Below are positions 20,777 to 30,463 of a DNA stretch of 64,000 nucleotides, in pieces (position 1 is the first letter of the stretch; each line of letters starts with the position of its first letter). The stretch is taken from assembly GCA_018818965.1 (NCBI GenBank), contig JAHJQX010000029.1, forward strand, positions 2,982 through 66,981, read 5' to 3'. The notes beneath the pieces are model-generated. The model was not told the DNA's origin and did not search any database. It saw only the letters and a program-made list of their open reading frames with translations. Both the position numbers and the translations under genes were made by a program. The stretch is from Patescibacteria group bacterium (GTDB taxonomy: Bacteria; Patescibacteriota; JABMPQ01).

Positions 20777-21955
20777 TCAATCCACCAAATGCTCTTCCCG
20801 CACCCGCGAGACTAGAGAGAAGATGACCGCCACGATCCCCAAGATTATCAGCGTATAATTAAGCGACTGATCAACTAACAAACCGACCAACGGATACATA
20901 AGCACCATGGTAAATTTGCGCAGCATTGATACCGAAGATAAGACAGTCGCTCGCTTCTCTGACGGTATATATTTATTAAGATAGCTAGAAAATAACGGTC
21001 GACGTCCCAGCCCAAATCCACCCGCTAAAATTATTACTACTATCACTAGTGGAATAAATTTCGTCAGTCCACCAATTATAAAGGCTACGCCCGTAATAAT
21101 CGAGCTGGCAAATATCAATCGCCGCTTGCCACCCAACCATTTTTCCATCCAACTATAGCCATTCATCACTAATATCTCACTGGCCACAATAACAGCGTGA
21201 ATAATGCCAAAGTAAATAATACTAACGCCAGCTTGGGTTAACATCGGCTGGTAAAGCCAAATGACGAAAAAAGCAATGGAATCGATCACTAGAAAATCGA
21301 GGGCTAAAATTTTAAGTATTCGATTGCGATAGAAAAATCCCACGCCCTCTCTGAGGATTTTCAGATAGCGCATTGATTCTACCTTTTTGTCCGTTCTGGG
21401 TTCTTTTAGAGTTAACCCAATCAAAAAAGCAATCATCATCGGGAAAAACTGTAGCGCCATCGGCATCTGCAGTCCCCAATGACTAGCTATCACACTACCA
21501 ATCGGCGCGGCCACCATTAATCCGCTCAGTTTGTAACTATCGGCGCGGCCAAATATTCTTTTTGATTGGTTACTCTCCTTAGTTTTCTTAAGAGTGTCAT
21601 AGACAAAAGCGTCTTCCGCTCCAGAAAACAAAGCCATTGATCCCGCCAATAGAAATTCACAGAAAAGGAAAAGGTAAATGTTGGGAGTAATAGTATAAAC
21701 ACTAAACGCCACGGCACTCACTAGCGCGGCCAGTGCCAAAGAGTGTTTGCGACCAAAGTAATCCGCCACTACTCCCGTTGGCACCTCCAGTAAAAAATTC
21801 CAGAGCATAAACCAAGCTTGAAGTAGCATTAACGTGGTGAAACTAATCTTTCCCCACTCGGTAAAGAAAGGTACCAGCACTCCGGCCATTAAACCAAAGC
21901 TGGAGAAAAATTTGAAAGCGTAGATTTTGGGGATGTTTGCTTTATAGGTAGTCAT
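20777..21955 (-). CDS. MFS transporter
   Basis: 392 aa, 12 predicted TM helices. Confidence 0.75.
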   Translation of the reverse strand: MTTYKANIPKIYAFKFFSSFGLMAGVLVPFFTEWGKISFTTLMLLQAWFMLWNFLLEVPTGVVADYFGRKHSLALAALVSAVAFSVYTITPNIYLFLFCEFLLAGSMALFSGAEDAFVYDTLKKTKESNQSKRIFGRADSYKLSGLMVAAPIGSVIASHWGLQMPMALQFFPMMIAFLIGLTLKEPRTDKKVESMRYLKILREGVGFFYRNRILKILALDFLVIDSIAFFVIWLYQPMLTQAGVSIIYFGIIHAVIVASEILVMNGYSWMEKWLGGKRRLIFASSIITGVAFIIGGLTKFIPLVIVVIILAGGFGLGRRPLFSSYLNKYIPSEKRATVLSSVSMLRKFTMVLMYPLVGLLVDQSLNYTLIILGIVAVIFSLVSRVREEHLVD

Positions 21956-21988
21956 GCTATTGCGTTTCGCTTAGTTTGATTTGATTCC

Positions 21989-22849
21989 TTATTCCTGACA
22001 GCGCGGACAGTAATGGGTACCACGACCTGCTATTTTTATTTTTTCAATTACGCTGCGTCGACACCGCTGGCATTTTTTGCCCGCTCGCTGATAAACTTTG
22101 AGTCGGCTGATAAAATTACCTTTATTGCCATCGGCATCAACGTAGTCATTGAAGGTGGTGCCGCGATATTTAATCGCTTGCTTGAGAATTATATTGCAGG
22201 AGTTGAATATTTTGCGCAACTCGGCTGAGCTTAATTTATTCACTGCTCGACTCGGCCGCACTCCCGCCCGGAAGCAAATTTCGTCAGCGTAAATATTTCC
22301 GATTCCGGCGATAAGTTTTTGATTTAATAAAACTGCTTTAAGGCTAGTTTTTTTACCGGCCATCACCTGCTGGAAATTTGTCCAAGTAAAACCTTTGGTA
22401 AGTGGCTCGATGCCAAATTTCTTGAGAACTTCTTGTAGCTCATTTTCATCCACCAACTTCATATAACCAAATTGGCGCAAGTCATTGAAAAAAAGCTGCG
22501 ACCTGTCAACGAAAGTAAAAATAATGTGCGAATATTTATTGGGCAGCTTATCAATCTGCGGCCAACCATGACCACCCGCAGTTACTTTACCTTGAGCCTG
22601 ATAAATTAATTGGCCCGTCATTTTAAGATGGATGAGAAGAAATTTCTCGCCTTTTTTTAATTCTAAAATGAGAAGCTTCCCGCGGCGGTTAATTTTGGTG
22701 AAAAAATTGCCGGTGAGAGTTTTATTAAGCGCCGTTTTACTGCCTTTGATGATTTTTGGCTTACACACCTGAATACGAGCGATTTTCTTGCCAACAATCT
22801 TACGCTGCAAATCACGTCTAATTGTCTCAACTTCGGGGAGCTCTGGCAT
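21989..22849 (-). CDS. mutM: formamidopyrimidine-DNA glycosylase
   Basis: MPELPEVE N-terminus (catalytic Pro2), H2TH, C-terminal CQRC...CPRC zinc finger. Confidence 0.9.
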   Translation of the reverse strand: MPELPEVETIRRDLQRKIVGKKIARIQVCKPKIIKGSKTALNKTLTGNFFTKINRRGKLLILELKKGEKFLLIHLKMTGQLIYQAQGKVTAGGHGWPQIDKLPNKYSHIIFTFVDRSQLFFNDLRQFGYMKLVDENELQEVLKKFGIEPLTKGFTWTNFQQVMAGKKTSLKAVLLNQKLIAGIGNIYADEICFRAGVRPSRAVNKLSSAELRKIFNSCNIILKQAIKYRGTTFNDYVDADGNKGNFISRLKVYQRAGKKCQRCRRSVIEKIKIAGRGTHYCPRCQE

Positions 22850-22850
22850 A
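22802..22850. repeat. direct repeat copy A (mutM 5' end, first 15 codons)
   Basis: ctgcaaatcacgtctaattgtctcAacttcggGgagctcTggcata. Matches 23655-23704 with 3 synonymous mismatches. Confidence 0.85.
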
Positions 22851-22922
22851 TTTTCAGTTTATTTCCCTCTATTTTAGCTTGTTTTAGACGAAAAGTAAGA
22901 GCTTTTTAATAAAAACGAAGTA

Positions 22923-22950
22923 TTGACAGCATCTGTTATTATAGTATAAT
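22923..22950 (+). promoter_or_regulatory. near-consensus sigma70 promoter TTGACA-N16-TATAAT inside the inserted segment, directed at ORF 23017
   Basis: Read directly. Followed by the perfect palindrome TTCCCTAAAGGGAA (22985-22998). Confidence 0.55.
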
Positions 22951-23016
22951 GTAAAGCTTGAAGGATACATGAACATTGCAAACTTTCCCTAAAGGGAAGA
23001 TCGGAATAAGAAAGAA

Positions 23017-23613
23017 ATGGAAAGACATTACAAAGATAGGCTTTTCTCTGATCATTCCTGGCATGTGCCCCCACAAGATTACGCTCAAATGAAGGACAAC
23101 ATGGTTCGCTCGTGCGCGGACGCCATGGTCTTACTAGTAACGGGATGGTGGATCTTTGCAAAGGTCTACGTCCTCCTGGGCAAGCGACAACAGCACCCCC
23201 ATCCCAACTGGTGGGTAGTTGGGGGAAAGATGTGGATGGGGCTGAGCTTCGTTGCGTCGGTTGTGAAAAACGTCGCAAAGGAGCTGAAACTCAATCTTGA
23301 TCCCTCAAGGTTCGAAAACCTCAACCGAGCCTACTCACTGGCTTGGGCAACGCGTCGAGAAGAGCCGGTTAATAACGGCTGTCACGATGTCTCCCATCTC
23401 CTGGTGGCAGAGATCAGTGCAGCGGAAGCCAGCCGGATCAAGCACAACAAGGAGTACAGCGAGGTGGCATGGGTAGAATTGAAGCTAGTGGCTTCTGGTC
23501 GACAGTACCATTCGTCCTTGCGCCGAATGGCCCGAGACGTGATCGAGTTCCGCCATGGCCCACTTCGCAAGACCCTCAAAATCTGGGTCGACTGGTTCAA
23601 GCAGCTCTTTTAA
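23017..23613 (+). CDS. hypothetical 198-aa protein on GC-rich inserted segment (possible degenerate Nudix-like fold)
   Basis: Long ORF with clearly higher GC and Trp/His/Arg-rich composition than the host genes. WWVVGGKMWMG...ELKLNL weakly Nudix-box-like but catalytic Glu missing. Confidence 0.45.
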   Translation: MERHYKDRLFSDHSWHVPPQDYAQMKDNMVRSCADAMVLLVTGWWIFAKVYVLLGKRQQHPHPNWWVVGGKMWMGLSFVASVVKNVAKELKLNLDPSRFENLNRAYSLAWATRREEPVNNGCHDVSHLLVAEISAAEASRIKHNKEYSEVAWVELKLVASGRQYHSSLRRMARDVIEFRHGPLRKTLKIWVDWFKQLF

Positions 23614-23654
23614 AAGAACCTTTTCAAAGTACCCTAGAGGTGCTTTTTTTTATT

Positions 23655-23704
23655 TCTACTGCAAATCACGTCTAATTGTCTCCACTTCGGGAAGCTCGGG
23701 CATA
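23655..23704. repeat. direct repeat copy B (second copy of the mutM 5' end)
   Basis: Reverse strand encodes MPELPEVETIRRDLQ again (CCC/CTT/GTG synonymous variants). Confidence 0.85.
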
Positions 23705-23727
23705 AAATTCTGTCTATTAGCTCACAT

Positions 23728-23807
23728 GAGGTTTGCTATAGTTGCCGAGTGAACCCGGCTTCGCCGGAGGCGGAGCTATGGTGAACGAGGTAACTATAGC
23801 AAACCTC
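23728..23807 (-). terminator. 16-bp perfect inverted repeat (GAGGTTTGCTATAGTT...AACTATAGCAAACCTC) with 48-nt loop between the ABC operon and mutM
   Basis: Exact reverse-complement arms. Inner CCGGC-TTC-GCCGG hairpin. Confidence 0.4.
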
Positions 23808-23815
23808 CCCCGCCC

Positions 23816-24979
23816 CTACTCCCACTTAAAAAACTTCGTCGCTAGCGCAAAAGCGATCACCATCCATACCAACAAGCCGATTATTTCTCCCCCCACATCC
23901 AGCAAGCCGCTACCGTCAATCATCACGGCCCGGATAGCATCAGCTAAATAAGTCAGTGGTAAGTATTCGGTAATAGTCTTAAGCCAGTCCGGCAAAACAT
24001 CGCGCGAGAAAAAGACGCCGGAGAGAAACATCATCGGCATCATGATGATATTTGACAGCGCCATAACGGTATTGTGCGTCTTACCAAAACCGGAAATAGT
24101 AAAGCCAACACTTAGAAATATAATACCGCCCAAGAAAGCCAGCAATAATACCAACAACGGACTACCGATTAGCTGCAAATCAAAAAACACGACCCCCAGC
24201 GTAACAATAATCGTGGTTTGAAGCACTGAGATAATCAAGCGAGTGAGTACCTGACTAAATATAATAGTAAATGGCTTCACTGGAGTCGCTAGTAGTCGCC
24301 GCAAGATACCTTTTTCCCGCCAAGAGACAATCGAAGCGGCCACTCCAATAACCCCCATCTGCATAATACTCATCGCCACAATGCCGGGGATAAGAAAATC
24401 AACAAAGGTGAGATTACGACTAGTAACTGGTTTGGATTCGAGAAAAAATAACGACTGAGAATTAGTTATCCCCTGCTCATATTGATGAAAAATTTCTTTA
24501 AGGATAGATGTCCCAATGGCAACCTTGCTTTCTTCTCCCTCATTATAATAGAGCTCAATATTAAGTGGTCCGGGAGCAGCCGGCACCTCAATTCCCGTCT
24601 CAGCCACAATTTTCTGATACGCAGCCGGCAGCCCTGATGTATCAAGTCGAGCAGTCGCTCCAAAAGACTCTGGTAATATCAACAATAGATCCCGATCGCC
24701 TGCCTCTAGTAATTTCTTTTCATCTTCAACTGAACCAGTTGATATCTCAAAAACGTCAGCCTGCTCAATAGACTCAACAAACTTACCAGATGCTTCATTT
24801 TTAGCTTCATCGGCAATACCAAGCTTCACCGCACTCATTTTTTCAAAATCCATAAATCCGAATATCACCATAATCATCACGGGTAAAAACAGACTAAAGA
24901 AAATTGCCTGCTTGTCGCGAAAAAACATTTTAATAGCAGAAAAAGTAATATTTTTTATGGCCACAATTGATTTATTCAT
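23816..24979 (-). CDS. ABC-2 type transporter permease
   Basis: 387 aa, N-terminal TM plus large extracytoplasmic domain plus C-terminal 5 TM. Confidence 0.75.
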   Translation of the reverse strand: MNKSIVAIKNITFSAIKMFFRDKQAIFFSLFLPVMIMVIFGFMDFEKMSAVKLGIADEAKNEASGKFVESIEQADVFEISTGSVEDEKKLLEAGDRDLLLILPESFGATARLDTSGLPAAYQKIVAETGIEVPAAPGPLNIELYYNEGEESKVAIGTSILKEIFHQYEQGITNSQSLFFLESKPVTSRNLTFVDFLIPGIVAMSIMQMGVIGVAASIVSWREKGILRRLLATPVKPFTIIFSQVLTRLIISVLQTTIIVTLGVVFFDLQLIGSPLLVLLLAFLGGIIFLSVGFTISGFGKTHNTVMALSNIIMMPMMFLSGVFFSRDVLPDWLKTITEYLPLTYLADAIRAVMIDGSGLLDVGGEIIGLLVWMVIAFALATKFFKWE

Positions 24980-24983
24980 ATTT

Positions 24984-25754
24984 TTATTTCTCCCTTAAAT
25001 TACGACCAGTTAAATCCAAAAAGACATCTTCCAGATTGGCTAACTTCTCCGCCTGCGCTTTTTTAAATCCTTTGGCCAGTAGATTATCAATTAATTTATC
25101 CGGCGTATCGAGAGCTATTATTTTCCCCTTATCAATAATAGCTACCCGATCACACAATATCTCCGCCTCATCCATATAATGAGTAGTAAGTACTACGGTT
25201 TTGCCCGTATCACGAATTTTCCCAATCAAGTCCCAGAGATGTCGCCGCGCCTGGGGATCTAAACCAGTGGTCGGCTCATCGAGAAATAGCACTTGCGGAT
25301 CATTTACTAAGGCTGAGGCAATCGAAAAACGCTGCTTTTGCCCACCTGACAAATGTTTAACATACGATTTACCTTTCTCGGACAACTCCACTTTCTCTAA
25401 CAACTCATCAGGATTAATTTTTCGCTGGTACAAATTACCGAAAAGCTTAAGCAACTCCTTTAAATTCAGGTAATCAAAAAATGAGGAGGATTGCAGCTGC
25501 ACACCAATTTGTGACTTTACATCATCCGGCTTCATATCAACATCAATTCCGGCTACTTGCACTTGGCCGTTGTCAATCTTGCGTAGTCCCTCGATCATCT
25601 CCAAGGTGGTGGTCTTCCCTGCTCCATTGGGACCAAGCAGGCCAAAGATCTCTCCTCGCTCAACCGAAAAAGAAACGTTATCGACGGCCTTGAGGTCACC
25701 GTATGTCTTGCGTAAATTTTCGACCTCGATTATTTTACCGTTAGTTTTTGTCAT
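24984..25754 (-). CDS. ABC transporter ATP-binding protein
   Basis: Walker A GPNGAGKTT, signature LSGGQKQR, Walker B. Confidence 0.9.
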   Translation of the reverse strand: MTKTNGKIIEVENLRKTYGDLKAVDNVSFSVERGEIFGLLGPNGAGKTTTLEMIEGLRKIDNGQVQVAGIDVDMKPDDVKSQIGVQLQSSSFFDYLNLKELLKLFGNLYQRKINPDELLEKVELSEKGKSYVKHLSGGQKQRFSIASALVNDPQVLFLDEPTTGLDPQARRHLWDLIGKIRDTGKTVVLTTHYMDEAEILCDRVAIIDKGKIIALDTPDKLIDNLLAKGFKKAQAEKLANLEDVFLDLTGRNLREK

Positions 25755-25814
25755 GAATATTGAATTAACAGATGGAATTATTCTACCGCATCCTCACAGA
25801 AAAACCAAATTTAC

Positions 25815-25862
25815 TTGACAGCAAATGCGGTCACTTGCTAACCTGTACCCTAGGTATAGGTA
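25815..25862 (+). promoter_or_regulatory. divergent promoter region with TTGACA and a TACC-N9-GGTA inverted repeat (TACCCTAGGTATAGGTA), candidate CsoR operator
   Basis: Resembles known CsoR operators (TACC...GGTA pseudo-palindromes) immediately upstream of csoR. Confidence 0.4.
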
Positions 25863-25883
25863 TTAATAAATTAACTTACATTA

Positions 25884-26156
25884 ATGACTGAGCAAAAAAA
25901 GAAAACGCTGACCAATTTCAAAAAAGCCCAGGGTCACATAGCTAAGATCTTGGAGATGCTCGAAGATGATGAGTATTGCATTGATATCATGCAGCAAAAC
26001 TTGGCGGCCATTGGCCTATTAAAATCAGCTCACCAAATGCTGATGGAAAATCATCTCAACACCTGTTTTAAAAAAGCGATGGGTACCAAAGACGGCGCCA
26101 AAAAAAGAGCGATGACTAAAGAAATATTACAGGTAACTAGATTATTCAACAAATAA
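25884..26156 (+). CDS. csoR: CsoR/RcnR family metal-sensing repressor
   Basis: 90 aa, DUF156 fold, YCIDIMQQ...H...C metal ligands. Confidence 0.75.
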   Translation: MTEQKKKTLTNFKKAQGHIAKILEMLEDDEYCIDIMQQNLAAIGLLKSAHQMLMENHLNTCFKKAMGTKDGAKKRAMTKEILQVTRLFNK

Positions 26157-26164
26157 AAAAATAG

Positions 26165-26689
26165 ATGAAAAAAACTTTTCCCATAATACTTTCGCTAGCA
26201 CTGCTAGCCACCACTGCCCTACTGGCTGGCTGTAGCAAAAACACGACGGAAAATACAAAAGGTCAACTCACAGAAGTGAATCAAAGCACTAAGGCAGCCA
26301 GTTTTTCTGGTACAGAGGGTGAGGCGGTAACAATAGAAGATAGTCAAATCGCAATAGATACCACCAAGCTACAAGGCACCACAGCTAATTACTACAACAC
26401 TGAACTATCCGATGGACGGACTGTCTACTTTTTTGTGGTCAAAGATAAAAATGGCACCTATCGGGCGGCGGCCAACGCTTGTCAAGTTTGCGCTGATTCT
26501 AAAGCAGGATTTCATCAAGAAGGTGACCAAATGGTCTGCAATACTTGCGGCAATGGTTATCCGTTAGAAAAAATCGCTACCGAAAAAGGTGGCTGTAATC
26601 CTGTCCCAATTAACCCCAATCTCAAAGTAGCTGATAGCAAAATAATTATTGAGCAATCAGACATCGAGCAAATAGCAGACTTTTTCTAA
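26165..26689 (+). CDS. lipoprotein with CxxC-x18-CxxC metal-binding module
   Basis: Lipobox LLAGC. CQVCADS...CNTCGNG. Confidence 0.6.
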   Translation: MKKTFPIILSLALLATTALLAGCSKNTTENTKGQLTEVNQSTKAASFSGTEGEAVTIEDSQIAIDTTKLQGTTANYYNTELSDGRTVYFFVVKDKNGTYRAAANACQVCADSKAGFHQEGDQMVCNTCGNGYPLEKIATEKGGCNPVPINPNLKVADSKIIIEQSDIEQIADFF

Positions 26690-26706
26690 AATTATCACTA
26701 TAAAAA

Positions 26707-28203
26707 ATGCTTAAAAAAATAAAATTTCAAATAGACGGCCTGCATTGTCAAAGCTGTAAAACCATTATTGAAACTGAAGTGGACGTCTTGCCCGGAGTAA
26801 AAGATATTAAAGTTGATTATCCCTCGGGAAAATGTCAGCTAGAATACGACGAGGAAAAGATATCTCAAGCGAAGATGTTTACAGCTATTGAGAAGTTAGG
26901 CTATAAAATCAAGCAAAAGGCTGCCACCAAAAATGATAGCTCCAAAAACAAATATAAAAATTATATCATCGCTGGCGTCTTGGTAGCACTTTTTGCCATT
27001 GGCTATCTAATTATTAAAGAGTTGGGGCTACTAGAAATATTGTCACGATTAAATGAAGAGCGACTCGGTTACGGATTAATCTTTTTGATTGGCCTCCTGG
27101 CGAGTTTTCACTGTGTTGGCATGTGCGGCGGACTCATAGTCACTTACTCCGCTAAACAGCAACCCAAGCCAGACAAGAAATTCAGCTTTTCCGGAGCCCA
27201 CCTGCAATACAATCTTGGCCGCCTTATTTCCTACACTACTATCGGTGCTATTTTAGGTGGCTTCGGATCTTTTTTTGCTATCAATCCCACCTTCACTGGC
27301 ACTATCACTTTAGTAGCCGGAGTCTTTATGGTGCTAATGGGGTTGTCTCTAACCACTAAGCACAAGTGGCTAGAAAAGATAAAGCTGCGCACCCCGACTT
27401 TTATCGCCCGCTTTTTATTCAACCAACGTCATAGTAAAAAACCTAAAGGGCCTTTCGTGATTGGTCTCCTCAATGGCTTCATGCCCTGTGGACCGCTGCA
27501 AGCGATGCAACTTTATGCTTTGGCCTCCGGCAGCATTGTCAGTGGGGCGCTCTCGATGGGCTTTTATGCCCTGGGCACTATCCCTCTCCTCTTTGGCTTC
27601 GGTAGTTTTATTTCTCTCATCAGTCAGGAACACGTCAAGAAAGTAATGAAGTTTTCTGGCATTATCGTAATCGCTCTAGGCATTATAATGTTTAATCGCG
27701 GACTAACTAACTTTGGCTACGGCTTTAGCGGTCTAATCCCCAGCAAGCAGCTTGGTGAAAAAGAATATCTGGTCAGCGGCGACGTCAAAGAATACCAGGC
27801 AGCTAATATGGAATTATCATACAGCGGTTATTCTCCTAATGTTCTCTATGTAAAAAAAGGTATTCCTGTCCGCTGGGTGATAAATGTAAAGCAAATGTCA
27901 GGCTGTACAGACGAAATCATTATGCCGGAGTATAATATAGATAAGAAACTACGAAAAGGAGAAAACGTGATTGAATTCACACCGCTTGAAGCCGGCGAGA
28001 TAAAATTTTCCTGCTGGATGCAAATGGTCTGGGGTAAGTTCATTGTCGTAGATGAAGAAGAAGAGCTGCCAGCGGCTAATGATTTGTCAGTCGAAGAAGT
28101 CAGTGATCAGCCTAGTAGCTCTTGTAGCGGTGACGGCGAGTGTGGTGGTAGCTGTGGTTCAACTTCTTGTGGCTGTGATGGTAGTCGAATTAGTACAGAA
28201 TAA
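26707..28203 (+). CDS. HMA-domain / polytopic permease (HCxGMCGG motif) / cupredoxin-like beta-domain fusion with Cys/Gly-rich C-terminal tail
   Basis: N-terminal GLHCQSC HMA. TM core FHCVGMCGG and CGPLQ. C-terminal SCSGDGECGGSCGSTSCGCDGS. Confidence 0.6.
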   Translation: MLKKIKFQIDGLHCQSCKTIIETEVDVLPGVKDIKVDYPSGKCQLEYDEEKISQAKMFTAIEKLGYKIKQKAATKNDSSKNKYKNYIIAGVLVALFAIGYLIIKELGLLEILSRLNEERLGYGLIFLIGLLASFHCVGMCGGLIVTYSAKQQPKPDKKFSFSGAHLQYNLGRLISYTTIGAILGGFGSFFAINPTFTGTITLVAGVFMVLMGLSLTTKHKWLEKIKLRTPTFIARFLFNQRHSKKPKGPFVIGLLNGFMPCGPLQAMQLYALASGSIVSGALSMGFYALGTIPLLFGFGSFISLISQEHVKKVMKFSGIIVIALGIIMFNRGLTNFGYGFSGLIPSKQLGEKEYLVSGDVKEYQAANMELSYSGYSPNVLYVKKGIPVRWVINVKQMSGCTDEIIMPEYNIDKKLRKGENVIEFTPLEAGEIKFSCWMQMVWGKFIVVDEEEELPAANDLSVEEVSDQPSSSCSGDGECGGSCGSTSCGCDGSRISTE

Positions 28204-28215
28204 TAAATATATTTT

Positions 28216-30408
28216 ATGAATAACAAAAAAGATAGTTACAAAATATCAGGCATGCACTGCACCGCTTGCTCTCTGACTATTGAAAAGACTTTGCAGAAGG
28301 AGCCAGGCATCAAAAAAGCTAACGTTAACTTTGCCACCGAAGAAGCCAATATTGAATACGAAGCTGATCAGATTGATGACAAAAAAATCGTCAGCCTAAT
28401 CAAAAAAGCCGGCTATGAAGCTATTAATCAGAAAGACAGTGCTAGCGGCGACAGCAAAGCCAAAGAGATAAAAAAGACACGTAATCTCTTTATTGTCAGT
28501 CTGCTTTTATCTTTGCCGGTTTTTGTACTAGCGATGATTTTAATGGAAAAGTCGCTGGCTGGCCGAGTGATCCAGATGATTCTAGCTGGCATTGTTCAAT
28601 TTTATATCGGCAGCCGTTTTTATAAGGGGGCTTACAATGCTCTGCGGAATAAGACAGCCAATATGGACACGCTGGTGGCTCTCGGCACCTCAGCCGCCTA
28701 TTTTTACAGTTTAGCCACTACTTTTTTGATTGCTGGCGAAGTATTTTACGAAACATCAGCTCTACTCATTACCTTTATTATGCTGGGTAAATGGCTAGAA
28801 GCCCGCGCTAAAGGCAAGACAGGCGAAGCTATCAAGAAACTACTAGGGCTGCAAGCGAAGACAGCTCGCGTAGCCAGAGACGGGGAAGAAAAAGATATTC
28901 CGATTACTGAAGTGATAGTCGGCGACATTGTTATTGTGCGCCCGGGTGAAAAAATCCCGGTCGACGGCAAAATTATCAACGGCGACTCCAGCGTAGATGA
29001 GTCAATGATCACCGGCGAGAGTATGCCAGTAGGTAAAAAAACTGGCGATTCAGTTATTGGCGCAACTTTGAACAAAAATGGTAGCTTCAAATTTACCGCC
29101 GAGAAAATCGGTCAAAATACCGTGCTGGCTCAGATTATTAAGATCGTCCACGAAGCTCAGTCTTCTAAAGCTCCAATTCAGAAATTTGCTGATAAAGTAT
29201 CTAGTTATTTTGTACCGACAGTGATGGGAATAGCTGTTATTACTTTCGGCTACTGGTATTTTATTGGGTCGTCTTCTTTCGTCACTGCCCTAATGACTTT
29301 TACAGCGGTGCTTGTGATCGCCTGCCCCTGCGCGCTTGGCCTAGCTACTCCAACAGCTATCATCGTCGGTACCGGTAAAGGTGCAGCCAATGGTATCTTG
29401 ATAAAAAGTGGTGAGGCACTAGAGATTGCTAACAAGATTCAGACGGTGGTACTAGATAAAACTGGTACTTTGACTAAAGGAGAGCCGGAGGTGACAGACA
29501 TTGTACAAATTACAAATAACAAATACCAAAATACAAACAAATTACAAATAACAGAAGAATTAAGAATTCTAAAGTTGGCGGCGTCAGTCGAAAGTAAGTC
29601 TGAACATCCATTGGCCGAGGCAATTATGCGAAAAGCTAAGGCTGACAAAATGAAACTAGCTGAAGTACAAGATTTTGCCGCAGTGACTGGTCACGGGGTG
29701 AAAGGGACAATTAACGATAAGCAAGTTTTAATAGGCACAGATAAATTGATGAGCAAGTTTGATATTAATGTTGCAGATGATCTAGTGACTCAGAAAAATA
29801 AATTAGAGAGTGAAGGGAAAACGGTAATGATTGTAGCGGTGGACAGTGATGTTGCCGGCCTAATCGCCGTAGCTGATACAATCAAAGACACATCGCGCGA
29901 AGCGATAGCTGCGCTACGCGAGATAGGTATTAAGACAATAATGATCACTGGAGATAACCAGCGGACGGCGGCGGCGATCGCTGAACAGGTTGGAATCGAC
30001 GAGGTGCGAGCGCAAGTTTTACCACAAGATAAAGCGGCGGCCGTGAAGTCACTACAAGGAGAGGGTGAGAAAGTAGCGATGGTCGGTGATGGTATTAATG
30101 ATGCTCCAGCGCTGGCTCAGTCGGATCTGGGTATCGCCATGGGAGCCGGTACAGATGTAGCCATTGAGACGGGAGAGATCGTATTAATAAAAGATGATCT
30201 ACGCGATGTGGCCCGAGCAATCAAGCTCAGCCAGCAGACCATGAATAAAATTAAGCAAAATATGTTCTGGGCGCTATTTTATAATAGCGTTGGTATTCCA
30301 ATCGCAGCGCTCGGGCTTCTACGCGCTGAATTTGCTGGACTAGCGATGGCGATGAGTAGCGTGTCGGTTGTATTAAATTCGTTATTACTGAAGAAAAAGA
30401 AACTCTAA
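28216..30408 (+). CDS. copA: copper-translocating P1B-type ATPase
   Basis: HMA GMHCTAC, CPC motif, [15 protein letters not shown]. Confidence 0.9.
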   Translation: MNNKKDSYKISGMHCTACSLTIEKTLQKEPGIKKANVNFATEEANIEYEADQIDDKKIVSLIKKAGYEAINQKDSASGDSKAKEIKKTRNLFIVSLLLSLPVFVLAMILMEKSLAGRVIQMILAGIVQFYIGSRFYKGAYNALRNKTANMDTLVALGTSAAYFYSLATTFLIAGEVFYETSALLITFIMLGKWLEARAKGKTGEAIKKLLGLQAKTARVARDGEEKDIPITEVIVGDIVIVRPGEKIPVDGKIINGDSSVDESMITGESMPVGKKTGDSVIGATLNKNGSFKFTAEKIGQNTVLAQIIKIVHEAQSSKAPIQKFADKVSSYFVPTVMGIAVITFGYWYFIGSSSFVTALMTFTAVLVIACPCALGLATPTAIIVGTGKGAANGILIKSGEALEIANKIQTVVLDKTGTLTKGEPEVTDIVQITNNKYQNTNKLQITEELRILKLAASVESKSEHPLAEAIMRKAKADKMKLAEVQDFAAVTGHGVKGTINDKQVLIGTDKLMSKFDINVADDLVTQKNKLESEGKTVMIVAVDSDVAGLIAVADTIKDTSREAIAALREIGIKTIMITGDNQRTAAAIAEQVGIDEVRAQVLPQDKAAAVKSLQGEGEKVAMVGDGINDAPALAQSDLGIAMGAGTDVAIETGEIVLIKDDLRDVARAIKLSQQTMNKIKQNMFWALFYNSVGIPIAALGLLRAEFAGLAMAMSSVSVVLNSLLLKKKKL

Positions 30409-30463
30409 AGTTTGAGACAACATAAAACGTCTAACCACTCCTCGTCAAACAAAATTAAATCAA

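Noticed and set aside
22874-23278. 134-aa minus-strand ORF inside the GC-rich cassette
   Set aside because: It overlaps the longer 198-aa plus-strand ORF that has its own promoter. High-GC DNA produces spurious ORFs. It cannot be fully excluded.
29506-29560. CRISPR array
   Set aside because: The only short tandem repetition is a coding simple-sequence tract. No repeat-spacer architecture occurs anywhere in the window.
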